Positions 26,212-37,429 of a DNA stretch of 64,000 nt are shown here, one piece after another. A program made the translations under genes and the position numbers. Position 1 is the stretch's first letter. Every line of letters starts with the position of its first letter. The notes beneath the pieces were generated by a model that was not told the origin of the DNA, ran no database searches, and saw only the letters and a list, made by a program, of their open reading frames with translations. Origin of the DNA: Carcharhinus amblyrhynchos (lineage: Eukaryota); assembly GCA_965287045.1 (NCBI GenBank), contig OZ336875.1, forward strand, positions 29,574,001-29,638,000. Reading direction: 5' to 3'.

Positions 26212-28660
26212 CAAAGAACTAAATCAGCCCGGGAAACAGGCCCTTCGGCCCAACGAGCCCGTGCTGCCATCCCAACACCACCAGTCCACCTCTCTACCCA
26301 TGACCCGTTTCTAATGTTTTATGGCCATCCAGATTGAGGGAAACTGATTTAGGGACAATTTATTCCTGCCAATCAGCCTAACAGCACATCTTTGGGGTGT
26401 GAGAGGAAACCCATGCAAGTACGGGGAGAATGCGCAAACTCCCACAGACACCGGCCCAAATCCATGTGTCTGCATAGCAATCAGCGATGGTCACTGAGCT
26501 GTCGTCTTGCCCAGTATCTTGTCCAGTTTAGGCACACACTAATAATATGAAGCACTAGGCCAATCTCAAACAACCAAGAGCAACCCCAGTACGACCCATC
26601 GTGTGTATGCCCCTCGTTGGGCACGAGGTGGACCGACGTAAAACCTGTGAATGAAAAGAGGAAAAAACATTATTATCATACTATACCCATTTACATTACC
26701 AGGGACGCCCCAATGCTAATGACCTTTTATTTAAAAGGTTCTCCTATATCCACCCATCTCCAACTCAGTTATGTGCCTGTCTAAGTTACTCTTAAAGGAC
26801 TCTAGCGTGTTTGCCTCCACCACCTTACTTGGCAGAGCATTCCATACCCCCACTACCCTCAGTGTGAAAAACCTCCCTCTAATACCTGTGTTGTACCGCT
26901 CCCCCCTCACCTTAAGTCCATGGCCCCTTGTCCTATGTGCCTGTATTATAGGAAATAGCTTACCTCTGTTTACTCTATCTATACCCTTCATAATCTTATA
27001 TACCTCTATTAGATCCCCCCTCAGTCGGTGTCTTTCAGGGGAAAAGAGCCCCAATTTCTTCAATCTTTCCTCATACCCCAGTCCTTCCATACCAGGCAAC
27101 ATCCTGGTAAACCTCCTCTGCACTCTCTCCACAGCCTCCACGTCCTTCCGGTAGTAAGGCGACCAGAACTGTACGCAGTACTCCAAATGAGGCCTAACCA
27201 ACGTTCTGTACAACTGCAACATTAGACTCCAGCTCTTGTATTCTATACCCCTTCCTATAAAGGCTAACATACCAAAGGCTTTCTTCACCACACTCTCCAC
27301 TTGCACTGCCACCTTCAAAGACTTGTGCAGTTGCATCCCCAGGTCTCGCTGCGACTCTATACTCCTTACAGGCTTACCCTTTATCATATAACTTCCTCCT
27401 ACGTTATTCCGGCCGAAATGCATCACCTCACGTTTATCCAGATTAAACTCCATTTGCCACGTATCTGCCCAATCAACCAGCCTATCAATATCCTGCTGTA
27501 TTGCCAGACACTGCTCCTCACTGCCTGCCAATCCAGCCATCTTGGTGTCATCAGCAAATTTGCTGATCACACCACCTACTCCCTCTTCCAAATCATTTAT
27601 ATACACTACAAAGAGAAGAGGTCCCAGTACCGAGCCCTGCGGCACACCACTAGTGACAGACCTCCAGCTAGAAAAAGACCCCTCCACTACTACTCTCTGA
27701 CTCCTCTTTGCAAGCCAGTTCTCTACCCATCTAGATACCTGACCACATATCCCATGAGCTTTAATCTTCTGTACCAACCTACCATGAGGGACTTTGTCAA
27801 ACGCCTTACTGAAATCCATGTAGACAACACCAACGGCTCGTCCTTTGTCAACTGTTTTTGTCACCTCCTCAAAGAATTCTACCAGATTCATAAGGCAAGA
27901 CTTCCCCTTGACAAAGCCATGCTGCGTATCCTTAATCAGATCGCAACGCTCCAAGTGCGCATACATCCTATCCCTAAGAATCCTCTCCATCAACTTACCT
28001 ACCACTGACGTTAAGCTCACTGGCCTATAGTTACCTGGGCTATCCCTCCTACCCTTTTTAAACAACGGTACCACGTTCGCTATCCTCCAGTCCTCTGGGA
28101 CCTCCACCTGTGTCCAAAGAAGAGACAAAGATTTGCGTCAGAGGCCCAGCAATCTCATCCCTCGCCTCTTGAAGCAGCCTAGGATAAATGCAATCAGGCC
28201 CCGGAGATTTATCGGTCTTAATGCCCTCTAAATGCCCTAACACTACTTCCCTCGTAATCAATAGATCTTTCAATTGGTCTACCGCTCCCTCAATGACCGT
28301 ACTAGACATCAAGCCCCTCTCCTTCGTGAATACCAACGCAAAGTATTCATTCAGGATCTCCCCCATTCCCTCTGCCTCTAAGCACAATTCCCCACGTCTG
28401 TCCCTGAGAGGACCGATTTTACCCCTAGCCACCCTTTTGTTCTTAAGATAGGAGTAAAACACCTTTGGATTCTCCTTAACCCTACCTGCCAAAGCCATCT
28501 CATGCCCCCTCTTTGCTCTCCTAACTCCCCGTTTGAGATCCCTCCTACTCTCTCTGTATTCCTCCAACGCTCTCTCCGTTCCCAGCTGCTTAGACCTGAC
28601 ATACGCCTCTCGTTTCTTCCTAACCAGGTCTTCTATATCTCTAGTAATCCACGTTCCCTA
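26212..28660 (-). mobile_element. Young 5'-truncated CR1 LINE with RT domain and extended 3' UTR
   Basis: ORF2 is split between 28058..28567 and 26731..28128 by one frameshift near 28104; motifs YRPVSLTS, DFSKAFD, GVPQGSVLGP and FADD; tail gggccgaagggcctgtttcc. Confidence 0.97.
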
Positions 28661-29553
28661 ATTTTTCAAGGCCATTAGCATTCTGCTCTAAAACTGCCCA
28701 ATATTTTGGAACGTAATGTTAAAAAGTTAACTAATATACCTGGTTTATTATAAGAATGTAACTTTGTTTTCCCATGTGAAAAATCTAAAAAGCTTTATTT
28801 TGGTTCCTGCGAGTGTAATGCATGATGTCATTTTCCACTTTGAAATGCACTGAGTGTACACTTGAGGAATGTACTGCAAATTGAGTGATAATTAAATCAC
28901 CTCCTTTTGCTTGCTGTCAAAGCACTCTGTTATTAGCATGTTTACGATTGCTGTCTGACTTGTATTCTTCACAATGCTTCATTGAGTATGATGCTTGCAA
29001 AATGTTCATGAACATTTGTAACACTGTGTATCCAAATTTAAGATAGATTAAATTTTCTAATCTGTATAACTCCTATCCAAATTGTAATTTGTAATCTTAA
29101 AAAATCTCCATGGGTTCATTGAACTTTTGCAATGTTTTTGGCAGAGCTTGCATACAAAAATTAATTGTTTTTACATGTATATTTAATGTAAACATATTTC
29201 TGTTTTATGTGTGGAACGTCCTGCTATGCACAATGCTTAACTGTGTGTATTGCATTCCAGAGCTAAACTTGGTTTAAAACTATTTGCCTTTATTATAGGG
29301 TGAAAATGGGATATGCAACAAACACGTCTTTTAGACTAAACCACAATAACATTCTATTGCAATAGCTTTCAGGCTTTGAGAAGTAATTTTTAAATAGCAA
29401 ACTAACTGACTTGATCGATTCTGAAAATCTAACATTTGTGAGGAAAAATCAACTAGTTTATTGTTTTGGTCCCTGCCATGTACTGTGGTTAATCTTACTG
29501 TGGTTAATGTGTTGCATTGTCAGTTTTGATTTGGAATTGTGGTTTTATTGTAG

Positions 29554-29654
29554 GGTGAAAATGGGACCAGTAATGATGTTGAAGGAGAAAATATTTTGGA
29601 ACAAATCGATTCACAAAATAGGGAGGTGGCAGCTTTTTGGCAAGAACTTGTTAA
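29554..29654 (+). CDS. PIK3C2A: PIK3C2A coding exon 2
   Basis: tag|GENGTSNDVEGENILEQIDSQNREVAAFWQELV|gtaag; 101 bp, phase 0 to 2; similar to human NGTSS...QNEEMAAF. Confidence 0.88.
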
Positions 29655-30313
29655 GTAAGAAATGGCCAATTTTTTTTCCTTTGTGTTTATTAAAATCAAT
29701 GTTAATTTTTGTGTTGTTTGGTATTTGAAGTTGTGAACGCGTATGAATTGCCCATAGACATGTTTATAAAGACAAATTAGGATAAAGTTTCTACTTCATT
29801 GCTGTACAGGCTTTGAAGAGGTCTTATTTCCAGTTTATTCCACATGTTTAAAACTCAAATATAAGCACTATGTGTAAGAATGTGGAATATCAGAAAAATA
29901 AATCATTTATAGCATACTGAACAAGATTAATCATTTTGCTATCTCAGTGCTAACTGAATCTGCAATGTTAAAAGGTAAGGATAATTGAAATGTCTTTTTT
30001 TTTCCTGTGGCATCACCTTTGTGATGCATCACAAATATAATTGTGATCTGTGAAGATGGATTTTTAAAACTTCAGATGGATATGCATGTCACATAACAAT
30101 TGAACCATTATTAAATTCTTCTGATGTACAGTAAAGTTAAATGTAAATATCCCAGCACTGCATGGTGGTTCAAATTGCTATCCAATCTGATTGATATGGG
30201 TTCAAGCATTAAATTTGGCTAAAAAGGGGTAGAATATTGGACTTTTCAAATTAATATCAGAGGAGTTTGACGCTAAATCTTTAACTAAACTTCAGTGCTT
30301 TTTGCACTTCTAG

Positions 30314-30471
30314 GTTACGAACCACATTTCCATATAGCGACCACTCCACCAATCCAGGTTATGTTTTGAGTCCTGTTATGCTTCATCGCGATATGAATGG
30401 AGAAAATGCTAGTGTGAAGGTCTCCATAGAAATTGAGGAGTTTCGGGAGCCAGTCACATTCACCTGTGATG
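30314..30471 (+). CDS. PIK3C2A: PIK3C2A coding exon 3 (start of Ras-binding domain)
   Basis: [21 protein letters not shown]...[23 protein letters not shown]; 158 bp, phase 2 to 1; tag/gtgag borders. Confidence 0.96.
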
Positions 30472-30707
30472 GTGAGATTTGCAATCTATCACTTCTTGAG
30501 TAATCGGTGTGAAGTTTACATTTAGTATTATGTGTGCGTGATTGCATAGCACTTAGCTTCATTCTGTTTTAGCCTGATAATGTCAAGATCTGTTCATGCA
30601 ACTTCAAAGCATCAGTTCAAACAGTGCTTTTGTTCTCCATGGTCTCACATGCATGTTGTAAATTAAATGTACATTATACTGCACATAACTGTATACAAGA
30701 CATATAA

Positions 30708-30915
30708 TAAAAGACACTGCTGGAAATATTTGAGTTTGACAGCATCTGTGGAAAGAGAAATATCGTTAACATTACTCAGCAAGTCTGACAGAATCTGTGG
30801 AGAGAGGCACAGCATTAGTGTGTCAACTGATGACCTTTCATCAGATGTTGTCTGATTATTTCCAGCACTTTCTGCTTTTCTTTCAGATTCCCACTACCTG
30901 TAGTATATTGCTTTT
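30708..30915. mobile_element. Penelope-derived foldback repeat with internal duplication
   Basis: Two tctgtgga(a/g)agag copies; gacctttcatcag is the reverse of CUGAUGAAAGGUC; inverted arm tttccagcactttctg. Confidence 0.65.
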
Positions 30916-31064
30916 ACACATAAAACGTGCCTGAAATGGCTACTTTGATCAGCAGAAATTTATGATAAAATTAATCGCGCAAGGTGCCTCCACTGTTCTG
31001 TTTTTGTCACTGGCCTGAATCAGAATACAATTTATTAATTTTATTGATAGAGGTCTAATGTAAA

Positions 31065-31268
31065 GCTAAAGCCGCAATAGTCCCAAACAACCAAGGCTGC
31101 TTTCCTCTTTTGAGGTGGAGTGCTCACTGGTGGTAATTTAAATTAAAGATTTGCCACATCTTGGGTGAGGGGCAAGATTGAGAAGGCGGGCCTTCATAAA
31201 CAACCTCAGTCGGTATGGTAATTGAACCATAATGTTGGTATCATTCTATCACAAACCAGCCTACTGAA
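31065..31268 (-). mobile_element. tRNA-derived SINE
   Basis: Ends with a reverse B-box-like gtaattgaacc followed by atcacaaaccagcc; resembles a common shark SINE. Confidence 0.5.
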
Positions 31269-31389
31269 CATTAAATTCTTCAATTTACCATGAAATGTCA
31301 GGAGTTTGAAGGTAAATCTTTAACTAAACTGCAATGATTTTTGCACTTTTAGGTTATGATCTGCATTTCCATAGTGACACATTTTTAGT

Positions 31390-32400
31390 ATTAATACCTT
31401 CACCTGTTTCCTTTCTTCAAATTACTACCATACCCATTACATGCTGTACCTGCCTACTAACCTTTCGCAATTTCATGCACTAAGACACCAGGCACCACTG
31501 CACCTCAGAGCTTTGCAATCTCTTGCCAATTGGGTAATGTGCTTCTAATTTATTCTTCCTGCCAAATTGGACAATTTTAGATTTTCCAGCATTATACTCA
31601 GTTTGTCAGAACTTTGACCACTCAAACGATCTGTATTCTTTTTGTAGCCTCATTACGTCATCTTCACAGCTTACTCTCTTACCTGTCTTTTTGTGTCATC
31701 AGCAAATTTGACAACCATCACATTCATCCAAGTCATGAATATAAATAGGAAGCAGTTGAGGCCCTGTGGCACACCATGTGTTATGTTTTGCCAACCTGAA
31801 AAAGACCTATGCATGTCTACTCTCTGCTTCCTGATAGCACCTATCCTGTGAACTTTTTATTTCTGCAATAGTCTTTAATGTTGAACATTGACAAATATCT
31901 TCCGGAAACCTAAGTACAATGTATTTACCAGTTCTCCTTTATCCACAGCATAGGTTACTTTCTCACAGAACTCCAATAAGCTGGTGAAACATCATCTCCT
32001 TTTCACAAAAACCGTGTTGACTCTGTCTGATTGTGCTACCTGCTATGGAACTGAACTAAGTGCCCTGCTATATCTCTTATTTAGTAATAGCTCCTCTATC
32101 ACTATCCCTATGACGTTAAACTAACTGGCTTGTAGTTTCCTGCTTTCTATCTATTTCCCTTTTTGAATGAAGAGATTTTGGGAAGATTAAGACCAATGCA
32201 TCAGCCATTTCATGAGCCACTTTTTTTAACACCTTGGGATGAAGTCTGTTAGGATTTGGGTGTTTGTCAGCCTGCAACTCCAATTTGTTCAGCACCATTT
32301 TTATAATGCTTGTAATTTTCCTGAGTTCCTCTCTCCCTTCCATTTCCTTATTTACAGCTGCTTCTGTGATGCTGTTTCTATTCTCTGTCGATTTTTAAGT
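31390..32400 (-). mobile_element. Old CR1 LINE (RT region, degenerate)
   Basis: gtgtcatcagcaaat is the reverse of FADDT; ccctgtggcacacca is the reverse of GVPQG; ORF 32116..32343 resembles CR1 ORF2. Confidence 0.85.
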
Positions 32401-35002
32401 CATCCAAGATTTTGATGCCTATCACCTAATTTGCAATTAGACTTGTTTCTCCCACCCCCCAAACAGCTCTGTGCTCATTGGCCTCCATTGACTTCTGGTT
32501 AAGTAATGCTGTGACTATAAAATGTTAATTAATTACAAATCCTTCCATATCCTTTCCCCCACTACTGTATAATCTTCAGCCTTACAACCTGCTAATATCT
32601 GTAATCCTCCTAATTCTGGCCATTTGATTTTACTTTCTCAGTGGGTGACCTTGCCTTTACCTGCCCTAGGGCTAAGCTAAGTTCTTCTTATAATATCTAT
32701 CTGAAATCATGCTTCCAGTGAAGTAGCACTACAACTACATCTGCAACTCATGCGGGACTATATTTCCACCAATTCATTTGCTTTGACAATGAGTGGAACT
32801 GTTAGATATATTTTATTAGTGCTTGATATTCACGTGATTCACTGAACATAACTCTTCAATTTTCACAATTTGCAACCTAATGCTAATGACTACAGTTGAG
32901 TCATATTTTTTAATCGCTTGATGTAACTTGCTATATGCTCAGCAATGCCTTTGAAATTTTCTTTTTGCAAGAAATTGCAGTAAATGTGTTTTGATGATTT
33001 CAACACTTGCTGTTCACACAGTATTGCTTCTAACTAGTGATAACTTTCCTGATGCGTGCTTCACGGTAGGAACTATAATATCTAGCAGGGTGCTTCTTTT
33101 GAATGGAAAATTCTTCAATGGATATCCTGCTGGAATCAACAATGTAAGAATTTTTCCTGAATCTGGGTTCAATAGATTGTTTGTAGGTAGTCTTCAGTAG
33201 ATGGTTTGTTTATTTTTCAAGCAAATTTATTGTTTCAATTTGAAATCCAATTATCACTGCACATCGGAGTATTGTATTTCAGTGATCTAGTTGACCTATC
33301 AAAGAATAATGTACAACAGCTTTGTAATTGCTGCTCTCCAAACTAGATGTAATTTTGCAAAATTACCTGGCAAAGTTTTTTTACTTGTGTTCATATAATA
33401 ACAATGAATTGACAAGTCAACTTGCATTCATATAATAGCGAGTTGACATGTCACTAACGTGTTTGAAGCCCATAATGTATGTCCTGCCAATTTAAACAGT
33501 GTGCGTACCTCACTCATTATGTCACAAGCTAACTGTCGGTGAGACCAATGTTTGGCCAAAAATGTGACAACCTCAGTAACTCACCACATCCAAAATAGGA
33601 TAGACTCTCTAAATTTTTCAAGGCGCTTATGGCATTGGATATGTGAGTAGAAATAAGGAAGCACTTGCAATTATATAGTGCTCTTCAAGACAGCCAATTT
33701 TAATGTTTTTGGAAGTGTCGTCACTTTGAAGAGGCAGCCAGTTCCCTATCTTTGTTACTGCAACAGCTTGCATATGATGGGCAAAACCCAAAGTGTCAAT
33801 TTATTTTTTAGACTGTCATGCTGGACTTTCCCATTTTGGCCTCCATAGTTTTCAGTGGAGTTGATGCCTTTAACATTTTATTTTCTCATTCTTGATCCAT
33901 TCTGTAGCTCGCCTTTGGTTCACCATAATGCCTATTGCTTCCTCTACTAGTTTTTTCTTCCCCTTCCAAGAACTCCTGCATTGGCCTCCTTTTCTTGTAT
34001 TTTCAAACTGTCCCTCAATAGTCACAGGTATTAAGTTAGCTTCAATTGTATACAAATTCATCATTGTATTATTTCTCTCTTGTCATCTTGGACACCTTGT
34101 ACCATCTTGCTAACTGACACTAGGCTGTGCATGAACTTTCTTTGAAACGTTTGTCAAAACTAAGCAGATTATTTGGCCTTCAACAAAAGTTCTGCTGCTA
34201 ACCATTAATCCGAGTCTTTTTCCAGATGAAAGCTTGCAGTGTTGGACTTTGCATTCTTAGAATTTAAACAACGTGAAATCCACTTTAATGTTAAGCATCC
34301 TCAGTTGGCTTGACCTGAAGTATGTTTTCTAAAATGTCCTCTGCCTTGCTCCCCTGCCTTCCTTCAAAAGCACCTTTGAATTGCATCCCCTGGCTGTGTA
34401 TTCATTTTCTCCAACTTTTCTCCCAAAATTACTTAAGTGACTGGATTTACTTCTGACGATGTGCTACAAATGCAGATTTATCTGTTAACTTTAATTCTTG
34501 GTCAACAAATGAGTTTAAATATTTGATGGTGAGGGTCAATGCTGTAAATGCCATCTCAATTCAATTATACTAATTTATTTACAATATAATTTATGAATTC
34601 TGGCCAGGATGGACTTGCAATTTTTCCACCTGTGATCTATGTAATTTTATGTTTACACCAGTTTGGTTTTCATTTTTGTATGTTCTTTATGCAGATTCTC
34701 AGTCAGCTGTATGTCTTAGAATGTTTCAGTAATTATAGATTTATGTGTGAAATTGCACATATTGATTATAGGCTAGACCAGTTCAATATGCTCTATTGAG
34801 TATCCATGTCACCCTTTAAAAAGGAAAGTATTAGTAACTGTGGTTTTCTTGAAAAATATTGTAACTTCAGTTTAAAATCACTGACACTGCAAACTGGAGA
34901 GTATTCTGCCAGTATAAAATTACTGATGTGAATTAAGTGCAAGTGTTTCTTGTATCCTTTTGTAATTGTTTCATATTAATCTTGAAACTCTTTTTTTTAC
35001 AG

Positions 35003-35123
35003 TGAGCTCCCATGTAGAGCTTATTATAATGCAAGCTCTGTGTTGGGCTCATGATGATCTCAATAAGGTTGACATTGGCAGCTACGTACTGAAAGTCTGT
35101 GGACAGGAGGAAGTCTTGCAAAA
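35003..35123 (+). CDS. PIK3C2A: PIK3C2A coding exon 4 (Ras-binding domain)
   Basis: [40 protein letters not shown]; 121 bp, phase 1 to 2; cag/gtaag borders. Confidence 0.97.
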
Positions 35124-37429
35124 GTAAGAGGCTGAAACACTTATTCGTGCTTCCCAGTATTGATGTGTGAATTTTCACTTTGGAAATTAGGGTACTCACA
35201 GTAAGAATAATTTTATTCGTAAAACATGTTCAAGTTGCTTTTTGACTTATTTATTTTTTGTATGAGTTCTTCTTGAATGTTTGCAACATTTTGGCTCTGT
35301 ACACTTGATATCACATCAGCTGATAATACTGGTCCCAGAGTGAGAAATCTGACTTGGTGCATCCTAACTTTTTGTTTTAGAAACCATGAACAAAATTCAC
35401 AGGAATCTGCTTGCTCTTTTAGCACACAATGTATTTATTAAACAAGAAGGCATGAATTGTATCGCAGCAGACAAAAATGTTGAAGAAATGTCAATACAAT
35501 AACAGGAAGGTGCTTCAAATTCACATTTCATTTCATCCAACAATATTTTTACATGCACATAAATCAGCGAAGGGTTATTATTAGCTTAATACAAAAGTTG
35601 CTTGCTTGAGACTGACACAGTGGCAAATGGTTTTCTTCTGGTGAATTTCTGAGCATTCATTTAATGCTTTTCACCCAACATGTGTCTCTCCCCAAAATAT
35701 TGAAACTGCACTTCTGCAGTTCCCTAAACTCAATCTTTCAGTTTAGCAGTGGCGCTACTAGTAAATTAGAATTTTTTAACTGTTCAGTTAGCTACTATCC
35801 CAATAGCCTTGTAGTCTTATCAGAAAGTTTAAAATTCCTGTCTCCAAAGACACACTTGTCTTTTTTCCTTTGTCTGTATCACCTGACCGTTGGTGCCAGA
35901 TGAGTTTTTTCTACTTTGTCTCCCCACAATCACTAAATATTTAACCCCTTTTATTTCACGCTTTTAACATTTCTAGAGGTTGTAAAACCTCATTAAAAAT
36001 GTAGACAACAAACCCAAAGACCTGCCTTTCAGTCAGGAGCCTATACAGTCTCCCAGATACCAAAGCGTGCTTTCAACCTAATGAAATTGAAACAATTTAT
36101 GTTCAACTCCAAGTTATACATTGCTCATAACATAGTTGTGACCTCTGTTGTAGACTGCATTTCATTTTGTGTTCACCTGTTTTGAACACAAACTTCAAAT
36201 TCAATTTCAAATTGAATCCAACTTCTACACTTAATTTTAAAATTGTCTCTGATCATGTATTGTAGTTGTAACTTTTTCTATTGTTTAGCTTTAGGAGAGG
36301 GCTTCCTAATGTTTTTAATATGCACACTCATTTTTCATTATTTTTAAAAAGTCTTTGTAGTAACTGATCATCTCATTGAGCTGTCATTTTTCAATATTGG
36401 GCATGGGTGTATTAATTAATTTCAGCAACTGATCTCAGCTTTTGGCCTCTTCCCTTTTAATTTATGGAATTAGCAGGGGACTGGGTGGTTAGAAGTTGGA
36501 CTGAGTGCTGACATATTGTGCAAACCTTGGAAACGACATAATATATTCGCTGTGTTTAGGGGCCTCATTCCATATGTGACAAAAGTAATTAACTTGCATG
36601 TTTTTGCTCCGTGAAATTGTTGGCTTGAAAATTTATGCACAAGTGGAGGATTACCCTTTTTTCTAGGTCATTCTTTTAAGTTTCTAATGCTTGAATGATG
36701 GTAAGAAAATTAAGCTCAGTAAATCAAAAAACAATGTGTTTGTCTTTATTAAAGCCACTGACATGCATGCAAGACTAATTTTTTGATTAAAGAATGCCTT
36801 GGGGTTTTAGTTGGATCTTCATGACCCACTTATGGCTTTTTCTTTTTGGAAAATTTTATGAAGAACGCCAAGGCTATAATATACTATTTGCAATGATCAT
36901 AAAGTTAGTGGACTCTAAAATGGAAAATTGTGTGGAACAAATTAGGCACCAGTCTTTTTATTATTAGTATAATGAAAAATTGCAGTGCTCGTGCCTGAAA
37001 TTCACTTTATCACTGTTTAACTATTAAACTCTGATGCAGCTGCATCAGATGCAGCTTGCATTTTAATGTCAAAATATTGTCTTTCCTAAATATGTCCATC
37101 TTTCCCAGCACACTGTTTAAATTCCTTCAATCACGTTTCTGTTTCTGTCACATTATCCTAACATGCTTCTGAAAGTCACAATTGACATGTGACAGTGACC
37201 ATAGTAAACTCCTCCCTCTTCCCCATCCCACTGCAGATGCAACTTCAAAATCATCAGTTGTCTGTGCTCATTTCTTTTGGTCGCCTGAGCATCCCTAATT
37301 GGTGGTTGTACCTTCAATCTCTTCCAAGTTCTTGGAAATTCCTCCCAAAGCCCTTTTCCAGCCTGTCTCTTTCTTCTTTTTAAGACAGTCCTTTAAATCC
37401 TGACTCCTTAACCATGTTATTCATTGACT

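Noticed and set aside
27301-28008. 235-aa + strand ORF
   Set aside because: Antisense shadow of CR1 ORF2.
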